47,168 nucleotides of DNA from Methanocorpusculum sp. (GTDB lineage Archaea; Halobacteriota; Methanomicrobia; Methanomicrobiales; Methanocorpusculaceae). Position 1 is the first letter of the stretch. Each line of letters begins with the position of its first letter. Below the pieces are notes generated by a model. The model was given only the letters and a program-made list of their open reading frames with translations. It had not been told where the DNA came from and ran no database searches. The translations under genes and the position numbers were made by a program. This document shows positions 1 through 9,165 of this stretch, piece by piece. The stretch lies in the NCBI GenBank assembly GCA_029987395.1, contig DALTVX010000035.1, positions 1 to 47,168 on the forward strand. The letters are read 5' to 3'.

Positions 1-18
1 CTAGATAAAGCAGTCAAT

Positions 19-129
19 CCCGACTTAACTCAGCTGGTAGAGTGCGCGGCTGTAGAAAGAAATTAACGCCTGCGGGCGTACTGCGCGGCTACCGCGATGT
101 CCCCGGTTCGAATCCGGGAGTCGGGACCA
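19..129 (+). tRNA. tRNA-Tyr(GTA) with 35-nt intron (56..90) at canonical 37/38 position; CCA encoded
   Basis: Acceptor stem CCCGACT(19-25)/AGTCGGG(119-125); anticodon stem CGCGG(45-49)/CCGCG(92-96); GTA at 52-54; T-loop GTTCGAATC; ends ACCA. Confidence 0.95.
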
Positions 130-148
130 TTTTCAAGACGCAATCAAT

Positions 149-221
149 GCCCAAGTAGTGTAGTGGCCTATCATGCAGCCCTGTCACGGCTGCGACCCGG
201 ATTCGAATTCCGGCTTGGGCG
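149..221 (+). tRNA. tRNA-Asp(GTC)
   Basis: Acceptor GCCCAAG/CTTGGGC; anticodon arm CAGCC-CTGTCAC-GGCTG; T-arm CCGGA-TTCGAAT-TCCGG. Confidence 0.95.
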
Positions 222-288
222 TTTCGCTTTTAGAAACTGTTTTTGTATTATACTCCCAATCGGATAATAAAAAAGATAATGGCTGATT

Positions 289-1131
289 TTATTGACGCAT
301 GCTTTTTGCGTTCATCCATCTTACACGGATCTTGAACTCATCTTCAGGAGCCGGTCCGGCTACCAAAGCATCCGAATACATAGAGTATGCCTCGGCAAAG
401 TCTTTTAGTTGTTCAAAGATGATCCCTTTGAAGAACAGTACGAGCGCCCGGTTGTTTGGTCCCGCCAAAAGACAGGCGTCATAATATCTGAGTGCGTCGT
501 AGAGAAGTCCCTCTCCGCGAAGATTGTTTCCCCGCTCGAACAACTCTTCCGCCGTTCCCGAGGGTTTTCGCCAGTTTCCTGATTTGTATACCTTGGCAGC
601 ATAGGGTGGAGCAAAGGCTTTTCCAGCCTCTTTTGCGATATGGACCTTCGAAAGCCAGATCTGGGTCAACATCGTGTCGTCATGCAGAAAACACCACTCC
701 TCAGCACGGTAAAGACTATTTCCGGCCTCTTCATATTTTTTTTGCTGGGCATATGCCTGGGCACGTACTACCAGAGATGCCGCATCTGCTTCGCTAATTT
801 CGTCCGCCTCCTCCACCGTAAGGAGTGCCTCTTCCGGTTTATCCGTATATAATAGAGCCTCGGCTTTGAGAACGAGCAGCATCGAAGTGAATTTTGCAAG
901 CTGTTTCTCATCGATTATCCTGTTATCCCACACTGGTAGATACGTGATGGACTCATTCATGCATTCTGCACACTCCTCATATCGCCCTAATGCCTTGAGG
1001 ATCGATGCCTTTCCGACGTACGTCAGCGGATCAGTTGGATTTTTCTCGATCGCTTCGTCATATTTCTCGATCGCCTCCAGAAACTTACCAGAAAGAGCTA
1101 ACTCCTCTGCATCTTCGATAAGATCAGACAA
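289..1131 (-). CDS. Tetratricopeptide repeat protein
   Basis: Repeated TPR-like helices (G..LEAIEKYDEAIEKNP..Y.GKA.IL.ALGRYEE; GLLYDALRYYDACL..GP); TTG start overlapping cofC stop. Confidence 0.8.
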   Translation of the reverse strand: MSDLIEDAEELALSGKFLEAIEKYDEAIEKNPTDPLTYVGKASILKALGRYEECAECMNESITYLPVWDNRIIDEKQLAKFTSMLLVLKAEALLYTDKPEEALLTVEEADEISEADAASLVVRAQAYAQQKKYEEAGNSLYRAEEWCFLHDDTMLTQIWLSKVHIAKEAGKAFAPPYAAKVYKSGNWRKPSGTAEELFERGNNLRGEGLLYDALRYYDACLLAGPNNRALVLFFKGIIFEQLKDFAEAYSMYSDALVAGPAPEDEFKIRVRWMNAKSMRQ

Positions 1132-1762
1132 TTTCTTTACCGTCCCGGTGGACCTTCACTCGTCCATCCTTTACCGACAAGGTGAATCCATGTTCGTAGA
1201 GCCATTCGCGTGCATTTCCATGACCGTGGATCATCAGCTCGACCAGATCCGCGGGTTCGTCCACGTCCGTCGACATCCGCATGGAGTCGATGATCTCGAC
1301 GGTAAGGTCGAGCTCTTCGGCGATCTGAAGATGCCTCCTGAACGAAAAACCATAATACTCAACACGGAACTTCTCAGGATTCTTGACAAAAATCACATTT
1401 GTTCCGCCGCCAAGTCCCGGTACAATGGCCATATCCGCCTTCGTGGAGATGACTCTCTGGAGACTTCCCGGTGTCACCATCGGCAGATCCGACATGATAA
1501 TCAGAGCTGGGCAGTGGAACTGGGGGAGGGCCCAGTTGATCGCCTCGTTGAGTCCCTCCTTTCGTATCGCAACTAATGCGTTTAGGCATTCATACTTGGA
1601 TGTACAGAGGAGTGTTGCACTGCATCCTGTTCGCTTGACTGCACGGATAACGTCTTCAAGCATTATCCGTGCAAATTCCTCGCGTTCTTCCAAGGTCAAA
1701 ACAGATGAAAGCCGGGTCTTCGGGTTGACCGGTTTGAATGGAATCAGAGCGTGGAAGTACAT
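1124..1762 (-). CDS. cofC: 2-phospho-L-lactate guanylyltransferase (F420 biosynthesis)
   Basis: Motifs IPFKP..PKTRLS, GLNEA, SDLP, GGTN, SF.RH, DVDEPADL. Confidence 0.9.
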   Translation of the reverse strand: MYFHALIPFKPVNPKTRLSSVLTLEEREEFARIMLEDVIRAVKRTGCSATLLCTSKYECLNALVAIRKEGLNEAINWALPQFHCPALIIMSDLPMVTPGSLQRVISTKADMAIVPGLGGGTNVIFVKNPEKFRVEYYGFSFRRHLQIAEELDLTVEIIDSMRMSTDVDEPADLVELMIHGHGNAREWLYEHGFTLSVKDGRVKVHRDGKEIV

Positions 1763-1806
1763 AGTTACTACTATCTGGGGTTTTTCGATAATAGATACTT
1801 TTCTCC

Positions 1807-2610
1807 TTAGCGGTGTATCATCTGGAATACTTTGATGATGTCCATTGAAGGTGCGACATCATGGACCCGCAGAATGTTCGCGCCTCCCTCAAGAAGGGCA
1901 TAGAGAACGCCAAGTGATCCGTACAAGCGTCCATACGGTGGTTTATTCAGACAGTCTCCAATAAACTTCTTGCGGGATGCTGCCGCAAGAAGAGGGTATC
2001 CGTATACCTTTAGTTCGGAAAATCTGCGGCAGAGTTCCCAGTCTGCTTCACTTGATCGTTCTTCGACCCACTTTCCGATACCCGGGTCTAGGATCAGCTG
2101 GTCAATATTATACCGTTCTGCTCTGGTAATGATCTCTTTTAGGGCAGTATGGGTGGAGGCCATCTCGGTTGGATCTCCAGGACGTTTGCGCGCTGACATG
2201 GCAATAACTGGAAGACCGCTGTCCGCTACAATTTCTGCATATCGTTCATTTAATAGTCCACTGACATCGTTCACCGCGGCTATGTCATATCTGAGTGCAG
2301 CTTCAAGGACCTCCGGATACATCGTATCAAGGGAAAGGATTGCCCCTGAGTTACCCAGAGTTCTCAATGCATGAACGACCCGTTCCTTCTCCTCGGCAAC
2401 TGATATTGGTGGTGAGGTAAGGGCCGTGCTACGTGCTCCGATATCAATGATATCGGCACCTTCTCGAAGCATCTCTTCAACACGGGTCGTTATCTGTTCG
2501 TGGGGTGTGAACGAGTCTGAAAAAAAGGACTCGGGGCTGATATTGAGAACTCCCATTACCCTTGGTGGGTGCGCGCCTCCAATGCCGATCCCTTTGATGC
2601 TGACCTCCAT
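1807..2610 (-). CDS. folP: Dihydropteroate synthase
   Basis: VMGVLNISPESF, IDIGARST, LDPGIG, SRKKFIG, LRVHDV. Confidence 0.9.
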   Translation of the reverse strand: MEVSIKGIGIGGAHPPRVMGVLNISPESFFSDSFTPHEQITTRVEEMLREGADIIDIGARSTALTSPPISVAEEKERVVHALRTLGNSGAILSLDTMYPEVLEAALRYDIAAVNDVSGLLNERYAEIVADSGLPVIAMSARKRPGDPTEMASTHTALKEIITRAERYNIDQLILDPGIGKWVEERSSEADWELCRRFSELKVYGYPLLAAASRKKFIGDCLNKPPYGRLYGSLGVLYALLEGGANILRVHDVAPSMDIIKVFQMIHR

Positions 2611-3860
2611 TATAAGTTTCGGATCTCCGGATACAGCGGATATCTCAGACAGAATGCTGTCACTTCAGCTTTGACTTCGGTGATGACTTTCTTATCATCT
2701 ATGTGGTTTAGGACCTTGGCGATCCAGTCGCCTATCTGTTTACACTGCTCCTCTTTCATCCCTCGTGTGGTAATGGTCGGTGTTCCGATCCGAATACCTG
2801 AGGTCTCGAAGGGAGAGAGCGCCTGCCGCGGGATCGTGTTCTTGTTGACAGTGATCCCAGCTTTTCCGAGAGCTATCTCCGCCTCATGACCTGATATGTT
2901 GTGATCGGAAAGATCAAGCAGACAGAGGTGATTGTCGGTTCCACCTGAGACGAGCCGGAAGTTGTTTTCCTCCATGGTCGCGGCGAGCACTTTACAGTTT
3001 TTGACGACCTGTTTTGCATACTCTTTGTAGTCTTCTGTGAGAGCTTCGCGGAAACAGACGGCTTTTGCGGCGATCACGTGCATGAGGGGTCCGCCCTGCA
3101 TACCCGGGAAGACCGCTCTGTCGATAGAGTTTGCATACTCTTTGTTGCACATGATCACTCCGCCGCGTGGTCCTCGAAGGGTCTTATGGGTCGTCGATGT
3201 GGTGTAGGTGGTGACGCCGACCGGCGAATTGTGCAGTCCTGTGCAGCAAAGACCGGATATGTGGGCAATATCGGCCATCGACCGAGCACCTACATCCTCA
3301 GCGATCTCTGCGAATGCCTTGAAGTCTATCTCTCGGGGATAAGCAGACGCTCCGCAGACGAGAAGATCTGGTTTATTTTTTCGTGCGAGCTCCTCGATCA
3401 CACCATAATCAAGAGTTTCTGTGTCGAAGTCTACGCCATAAAAAGAGATATCATAGAATTTTCCCGACATGTTCGCCGGATCGCCATGGGATAGGTGACC
3501 GCCGTCGTTCAGGCTTTGGCTCATGATTTTGTCGCGCGGTTTCAGGCATGAGAGGTATACTGCTTCATTTGCTTGGCTGCCGGAGTGTGGCTGGACGTTT
3601 GCGTGTTGTGCGCCAAAAAGTTTGCAGAGCCTGTCGCGTGCTAGATTTTCGATCTGGTCATGGAACTCGCACCCTCCGTAGTAACGCTTTCCTGGGTAAC
3701 CTTCTGCATATTTATTGGTCAGAATAGTACCCATTGCTTCCATCACTTCACGTGCTACAACATTCTCTGATGCAATAAGTTCAAGCCCCTCAACCTGGCG
3801 CTTGTGTTCTTTGTTGATCAGTTCGAAAATTTCCGGGTCAAATAGTGCCAGGGACGACAT
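2610..3860 (-). CDS. glyA: Serine hydroxymethyltransferase (bacterial-type)
   Basis: [31 protein letters not shown]-lysine motif [13 protein letters not shown]. Confidence 0.97.
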   Translation of the reverse strand: MSSLALFDPEIFELINKEHKRQVEGLELIASENVVAREVMEAMGTILTNKYAEGYPGKRYYGGCEFHDQIENLARDRLCKLFGAQHANVQPHSGSQANEAVYLSCLKPRDKIMSQSLNDGGHLSHGDPANMSGKFYDISFYGVDFDTETLDYGVIEELARKNKPDLLVCGASAYPREIDFKAFAEIAEDVGARSMADIAHISGLCCTGLHNSPVGVTTYTTSTTHKTLRGPRGGVIMCNKEYANSIDRAVFPGMQGGPLMHVIAAKAVCFREALTEDYKEYAKQVVKNCKVLAATMEENNFRLVSGGTDNHLCLLDLSDHNISGHEAEIALGKAGITVNKNTIPRQALSPFETSGIRIGTPTITTRGMKEEQCKQIGDWIAKVLNHIDDKKVITEVKAEVTAFCLRYPLYPEIRNL

Positions 3861-3898
3861 ATTGTCTAAATGTTGTTAATGTAACGTGATAAAGGCGT

Positions 3899-5212
3899 CT
3901 ACTCCTTTCCTAGAGCATCGGAGGCGAGCCTTATCATAGAGTACATGCCATCTGGTGTTGGATGAACTTCCAGCATCGGGGAGAACTCATGGACAGTTAC
4001 ACCTTTACGTATCAGATACCCGAGATAGGTACCAACCGTGCTGGTAGAGGGTGCAGATGTAGCAAAACCACAGATCACCCCGTCTTCCTTTGATACCGTG
4101 AGATGCATCGAGCCGACCGATCCGTCCGCTACATGCCAGAACGATTCGGGTCCGGCTATGTTTGGGGAGGAGAAGGTCACACCATCAATGCCTTTTTTCG
4201 ATGGGCATATAGTATAATCCAGACCAAGTACGATCGTGAATGGGATCTGGGATAGATCCACACTGCGCGGCCGTCCAAGAATAGAATCTGCCGCTGCAAA
4301 GCCCTGAAGACGGGCGACCGGAGTGAAGTAAGGTGCTCCGGTCACATCTCCGGCGGCATAGATTCCCGGGATCGATGTCTCCATCTTTTCATCAACTTTG
4401 ATCGAACCATCAGCATTTTTCGACATGCCGGTGAAAAATGAGGTCTCGGCTTTCATGCCGGTCGCAAATAAAACCGCATCAAAGGGAATATCATCCCCGT
4501 TTATTCTGATCCCCTCGACACGATCCTTTCCGAGAATCTGCTCGATATTCCCATATAGGATTGTGACATTCGAAAGATCTCGGTGTACTGCTTTCATCAT
4601 CGCTTCGGGGACAACGGGCAGGAGGATACTTCTACAGATGATGGTCACGTCACATCCAAATGCCGCATAGATATAGGCGAACTCGACCGCAGATATCCCA
4701 CCTCCGATAACCGCTATTCTTTTTGGAAGTTCCGGCATCGTTCGAATTGTCTTAGCCGTGTAAGTTCCGGGCAGATCGTTTCCTGGGATGTCTGGAAAAT
4801 GTATGCCGGAACCTGCGGCGATGATAATGTTCTCTGCTTCGCGAGGGTGATTGTTTACGAACAGTTTTCCATCTCTGATTTCTGCCTCGGTCCCATACTC
4901 TATCACGACCCCTGCTGCTTTTGTTTCCCGTTCGAGAATGATCTCCAGTTTTCGCTGGATCCCTTCGAGTTTCTGGATGACATCAGGATACCTGACGGTC
5001 GCACCGCCATCAACAATCCCGGATTTTTTTAAAAAAGCTAGAGTATTGATGCTGCGGGCAACATCGTTCAACCCGCAGATAAGCATGCACCCGTCATGGA
5101 TGCATGTCCCGCCGATCGCCTTCCTTTCAAGAAGGGTGACCTGCTTTCCTGCTCCGGCAAGGCGAAGTGAAGCCATCCTTCCGGCAGGCCCTCCGCCGAT
5201 AACGTAGATCAT
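3899..5212 (-). CDS. Pyridine nucleotide-disulfide oxidoreductase, dihydrolipoamide dehydrogenase-like
   Basis: GGGPAG FAD motif, redox disulfide GGTCIHDGC, GGGISAVE, YAAGD, C-terminal HPT; ATG at 5212 preferred (right after upstream stop), alternative 5227. Confidence 0.8.
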   Translation of the reverse strand: MIYVIGGGPAGRMASLRLAGAGKQVTLLERKAIGGTCIHDGCMLICGLNDVARSINTLAFLKKSGIVDGGATVRYPDVIQKLEGIQRKLEIILERETKAAGVVIEYGTEAEIRDGKLFVNNHPREAENIIIAAGSGIHFPDIPGNDLPGTYTAKTIRTMPELPKRIAVIGGGISAVEFAYIYAAFGCDVTIICRSILLPVVPEAMMKAVHRDLSNVTILYGNIEQILGKDRVEGIRINGDDIPFDAVLFATGMKAETSFFTGMSKNADGSIKVDEKMETSIPGIYAAGDVTGAPYFTPVARLQGFAAADSILGRPRSVDLSQIPFTIVLGLDYTICPSKKGIDGVTFSSPNIAGPESFWHVADGSVGSMHLTVSKEDGVICGFATSAPSTSTVGTYLGYLIRKGVTVHEFSPMLEVHPTPDGMYSMIRLASDALGKE

Positions 5213-5213
5213 C

Positions 5214-6149
5214 TCAGAACACTTCACAGCCTTCGTCGGATGGAAGGCTCAGTATCTCACCTGAGTATGCGTTCACTTCCACAATGTCCTTTTTTCCTCT
5301 GACCTGCCATATCGGTACATAGACCTTCTTAAACGTCAGTTCAATGTTGTCATCACTTGGACGGAAGTCCTTCTCTTCCGCAAAGATCGCGTCTCCGGCA
5401 GTGGTCTTGATCCTGACCCGGCGGGTGAGCTTCTTTATGAGTTCACTTCTGATCCGTTCTTTTGCTTGATCCAGATTGATGACAACGGTCATTACCTCTG
5501 CATCATGAGGTAGCTCGGCCTCTTGCGGGACGACATCGCCAAACTGTCCTGGAAGATCATTGATCGCATTGATCCAGCCCGATCCCTCATCGTCGAAGGA
5601 GACGCTCTTTCCTTTGTAGGTTGCCTCTCCGCCGCTTTTGAAGTGGTAATACCAGTAAGGGATCATGCGCAGAATGGTTGTTCCCTGCTGGCGGGCAACA
5701 CGGGCAGCATCTTGTCCGGATACTCTGACCGGGAGAACAAGATCATATCCGATCGGCGTTTGTTTGGTACCTATATTTGTATAGGCATAACTGACCGCTC
5801 CCTCAATGTCGAATGGCATGCTCCATATACGTGCGGCAGCCGCATCTCCTATGTTTTTAATGAGCTTCTCCCTTGTCCAGAGATCAGACTCCTTAGGCTG
5901 GAAATAAGAGTTTCCAGTGAAAATAATCTTATCGCAGCGAACTTTTGTTCCGCTGAGATTGATCGTGTAGGGGGTCATGTCGAAGCGCTGAAGGAGATTT
6001 GTGTCGTCGGAACACATGACCAGGATGCATTTCGCACCCCGTACTGCCGAAAGATTGAACGGCGCCTCTTCATTCTCACAGTCATATCCGGCGGTTTCAA
6101 GAACGCGCCGTATCTCGGTCACCGCATGTGTGTGAATCAGTTCACCCAT
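5214..6149 (-). CDS. Hypothetical protein
   Basis: 311-aa ORF in operon orientation filling the gap; no confidently recognised catalytic motif. Confidence 0.7.
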   Translation of the reverse strand: MGELIHTHAVTEIRRVLETAGYDCENEEAPFNLSAVRGAKCILVMCSDDTNLLQRFDMTPYTINLSGTKVRCDKIIFTGNSYFQPKESDLWTREKLIKNIGDAAAARIWSMPFDIEGAVSYAYTNIGTKQTPIGYDLVLPVRVSGQDAARVARQQGTTILRMIPYWYYHFKSGGEATYKGKSVSFDDEGSGWINAINDLPGQFGDVVPQEAELPHDAEVMTVVINLDQAKERIRSELIKKLTRRVRIKTTAGDAIFAEEKDFRPSDDNIELTFKKVYVPIWQVRGKKDIVEVNAYSGEILSLPSDEGCEVF

Positions 6150-6214
6150 AATTAATTAGTATTGGTTCTCCAGTATCATTAAATCCGTTGTCTCGGTTTG
6201 GTGCTCTCGCTGAT

Positions 6215-6970
6215 TCAATGAAAGAGCCGGTTCGCCGCAGGGACCCTTTTGTGTCCAGAGCATTTGACAAGTTCGAGCACCTTTTTTTCTATATCGTTTT
6301 TGGCTATCCCGCCGCTTTGTTCAAGCGAAATCAGCGCTGTATCCAACTCTGTATAACTCATTCCTAGCTCACCTTCATCGCTCTGCCCCTCCCAAAATCC
6401 CGCACTCGGGGATTTTTTGATGATCGATTCTGGGATCTCAAGTTCCTTTGCGAGAAGATACACATCCTTTTTCCAGAGATGGAGGAGTGGTTGGATATCT
6501 GCCGCAAAATCCCCCCACTTCGTTGAGTACCCAATCATATATTCGGTTTTATTTGATGTCCCGCAGACGAGATATCCACGGGCCGCGGCGATATTATATA
6601 ATGTGATCATCCTAAGGCGTGCCGCCATATTTCCTCTGAGAACTGGGGAGTCGGTGATATGAGGTGCGGCAAGTAGAGCTGCTCTGACCTCTTCTAAGGG
6701 GACGGTGATCAGCTCCATTCCTAGGTTACGGCAGAGTTCTTCTGCATCCTTATGGTCTCCGGGATCGTTGGAGGCAACAGGCATATTCACTCCAATCACC
6801 CGTTCCGGAGAGACGGCTTTACAGCAGAGCGAACAGGCGACCGCTGAGTCGATACCCCCAGAGATACCAATCACCACTCCACTGGCGTTTGCTCCCCAGA
6901 TAGTATTTCTGATGAGATCTTTTATTTTTACGATCTCACATCCTATACATTCACAGGTTATTTCGGTCAT
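6215..6970 (-). CDS. nadE: NH3-dependent NAD+ synthetase
   Basis: GISGGIDS PP-loop, GN..ARLRM, GTSNKTE..IGY.TKWGD, PSAG.W.GQSDE. Confidence 0.95.
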   Translation of the reverse strand: MTEITCECIGCEIVKIKDLIRNTIWGANASGVVIGISGGIDSAVACSLCCKAVSPERVIGVNMPVASNDPGDHKDAEELCRNLGMELITVPLEEVRAALLAAPHITDSPVLRGNMAARLRMITLYNIAAARGYLVCGTSNKTEYMIGYSTKWGDFAADIQPLLHLWKKDVYLLAKELEIPESIIKKSPSAGFWEGQSDEGELGMSYTELDTALISLEQSGGIAKNDIEKKVLELVKCSGHKRVPAANRLFH

Positions 6971-7518
6971 TTATCCTCTGATTTTAATGTGTCCAAGAGA
7001 TTTTTCAGTGCGTAGTGTGTTCCGGGGTGGTCTCTGGTGAATTTTTCCAAAAATCCAGCAACGTCCCCGCTACCTTCGGGTCCGTGTCCGGTGTATCCAT
7101 GTCGCTTTGCGTACCAAAAAACTTCTTTTGCCGGTATCACCGAGAAAGGAGCTATCCTTCCCTTTCTGGAGATGAGTAGACTTTCCTGTGTTCCTGCGCA
7201 GACCGACTCTAACACGTGGAGTGCCGCATCGTTCAGTGTTGTTGGTTCAAGGATCAGTGTAGCTTCGTCAGATCTTTTCACATAGAGCAGATCAACCCTT
7301 GCTGAAAGAAGATCTGCCAGAAATATCCGCAAGGCAAAACTTCGAAACGTTTTGTCCTCTTCCACAAAGAGTTTTGTTCCTGAGGGGAGACCTCCTTTGT
7401 GCCGGATCTCTCTTTTGGCTTTTGCCGCTATGTCGGTGGCAGCATGGAGCTCGCAAAGGGAGAGACCTGAGTAAGGTTGGGTCATGATCGCCTCTTTACT
7501 ACATCTGCTGCATTTCAT
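6967..7518 (-). CDS. Degenerate TtuA/Ncs6 (TIGR00269-like) homolog
   Basis: N-terminal Zn finger MKCSRC...YSG..LC..H and segments RIAPF..IP.KEV..YA and HPGT resemble tRNA 2-thiolation proteins; PP-loop absent. Confidence 0.65.
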   Translation of the reverse strand: MKCSRCSKEAIMTQPYSGLSLCELHAATDIAAKAKREIRHKGGLPSGTKLFVEEDKTFRSFALRIFLADLLSARVDLLYVKRSDEATLILEPTTLNDAALHVLESVCAGTQESLLISRKGRIAPFSVIPAKEVFWYAKRHGYTGHGPEGSGDVAGFLEKFTRDHPGTHYALKNLLDTLKSEDK

Positions 7519-7604
7519 ACAAGAAGTATGGGGTCTTCAAAGATATGGATATTCCCGCCGGATCCTTCGGTTCGGGAACATAGATATTATTAAAAAAAAG
7601 TTTT

Positions 7605-8339
7605 TCAGAGTTTACGACAGACCGTCAGATATCCTGTATGCGAGACGCGTGTTGAAGGTCTCGTTCCGCGCTTGCTTCGTGTAAGTTCCCGCTCCATACA
7701 CTCAAACGTCAGAACCGACTCCTCGTCGAACAGTTCTCGGGCAGTGTCCATCACGCAGAAGGTCTGTTCGAGAAATGGTGTGTAGGTCGCAAAGTAGCCG
7801 CCTGTTTTTAAAAGCGGGTATGCATGTCGGATGTGTTCTGGCTGGATCTGCATGTCCAGATGAACTATATCGTATGGTCCGTCTGCGACCTCCAGAACAT
7901 CACAAGCTCGGCATTCAACATTGTCTAGGTCTGCGTCCCGGATGTTTCCTTCTGCAATTTTAGAGAACTCCGGTCTTGCCTCGCAGGTGACGACTGTCCC
8001 GGCACATCCACCAAAGAAAATCGCCGCGATCCCAGATCCCGTTCCTGCATCCAACACGCGGTCACGCCTGCACATGCCTGTATATGCCATCACCATGCCG
8101 ATATCCTTAGGCATCATAGGGGCTCCGGTCCGTTTCCCGTGTGAGAAAAAGTCAGTTGCCTTTGGTAGAAGAACCGTGAACGGTTTTCCAAGATGTGTCA
8201 AAACCGAATCGCCGCTTTCCAGTCCGGCGACCTCCGCCAAATCGACCATACCAAGATCCGTTGAGAGTTTTCCCTCGCCGGCTTTGACATAATACTCGCG
8301 TCCATGTCCGCGAACGATGACTCTGTTTGGCCCGATCAT
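7605..8339 (-). CDS. trmI: tRNA (adenine-N1) methyltransferase, TrmI/GCD14 family
   Basis: PKDIG, VLDAGTGSG, TRPSTRVSHTGYL. Confidence 0.9.
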   Translation of the reverse strand: MIGPNRVIVRGHGREYYVKAGEGKLSTDLGMVDLAEVAGLESGDSVLTHLGKPFTVLLPKATDFFSHGKRTGAPMMPKDIGMVMAYTGMCRRDRVLDAGTGSGIAAIFFGGCAGTVVTCEARPEFSKIAEGNIRDADLDNVECRACDVLEVADGPYDIVHLDMQIQPEHIRHAYPLLKTGGYFATYTPFLEQTFCVMDTARELFDEESVLTFECMERELTRSKRGTRPSTRVSHTGYLTVCRKL

Positions 8340-8674
8340 ACTGCGGTCAATTTTAAAATTGCCTCAGCAATGTCCCCATTACATTCAGTAAGAGCGGCAC
8401 GTGCGGCTTCTGGAGATACCGAGGTCTGTCCGGCAACGAGCTCCACATCCGACTCAGGGATCTCGACTGCTCCCTCTTCGAAGTGAACATCGCCGGTCAG
8501 CTGATACGATGTTTGACCCTGCATGGTGATCCCGACGACCTCGGCATTTTCGAAGACATAATTTCCGGACGCTGTGTATACCACAACTTTTGAGACATCT
8601 GCGATTTCGTCCATCTTCATGCCCATCTTCTTCATCGCTGCTTTCATCTGTTTGGGATTTACTCCTGGCATCAT
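8336..8674 (-). CDS. nac: Nascent polypeptide-associated complex protein
   Basis: NPKQM..AMKKMG, C-terminal UBA-like DVELVA.QT.VS..AR.AL....GDIAEAI. Confidence 0.92.
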   Translation of the reverse strand: MMPGVNPKQMKAAMKKMGMKMDEIADVSKVVVYTASGNYVFENAEVVGITMQGQTSYQLTGDVHFEEGAVEIPESDVELVAGQTSVSPEAARAALTECNGDIAEAILKLTAV

Positions 8675-8676
8675 TT

Positions 8677-9165
8677 TTAGTTCCTTCCTTGTCTAACTTT
8701 TACTGCTGTTCCGTAATTAAATCCAATCATTTCGCTTCCGGAAAGTACAGCCATACCGGTGGCAATAAGATTGTCCGATTCATCAACAACAAACACTTCG
8801 TCTTCTGCGTGAATATTTGGATCACTCGATATTACGTGTTTTGCCATCGCATTTTTGCCGTCGGCAACAAACGGTACCGCATCTTCCATGATCACGACCC
8901 GGTTTGCCGGAGTCGGCAAAAATGTATGCAGGGCCTGTGCTCCGAGATAGCCGAGCGTGAACCGGCCGTCATTTGCTCGGACGGTGACTAGCCGTTCCTT
9001 TGTGAGGTTCACATATCGTACTCGCTTTGTGGTCGAGTATGAGAACGTGACCGAATCCGGAAACAGGGCTTCTCCAGCTCCTCTTCCGAACTGGAAGTCA
9101 GCGATCCTTCGGACCCTCTGCAAACTGCCCTTCGACAAGTTCGTTAACTCTTCTGATGAAATCAT
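8677..9165 (-). CDS. PUA-domain RNA-binding protein (similar to ArcTGT C-terminal domains)
   Basis: R.IADFQFG.GAG, PUA domain ending G.AVKVRQG; start uncertain (ATG 9165 or TTG 9138). Confidence 0.8.
   Translation of the reverse strand: MISSEELTNLSKGSLQRVRRIADFQFGRGAGEALFPDSVTFSYSTTKRVRYVNLTKERLVTVRANDGRFTLGYLGAQALHTFLPTPANRVVIMEDAVPFVADGKNAMAKHVISSDPNIHAEDEVFVVDESDNLIATGMAVLSGSEMIGFNYGTAVKVRQGRN

Noticed and set aside
866..1576. 236-aa plus-strand ORF
   Set aside because: Antisense shadow of cofC and the TPR gene; no recognisable motifs
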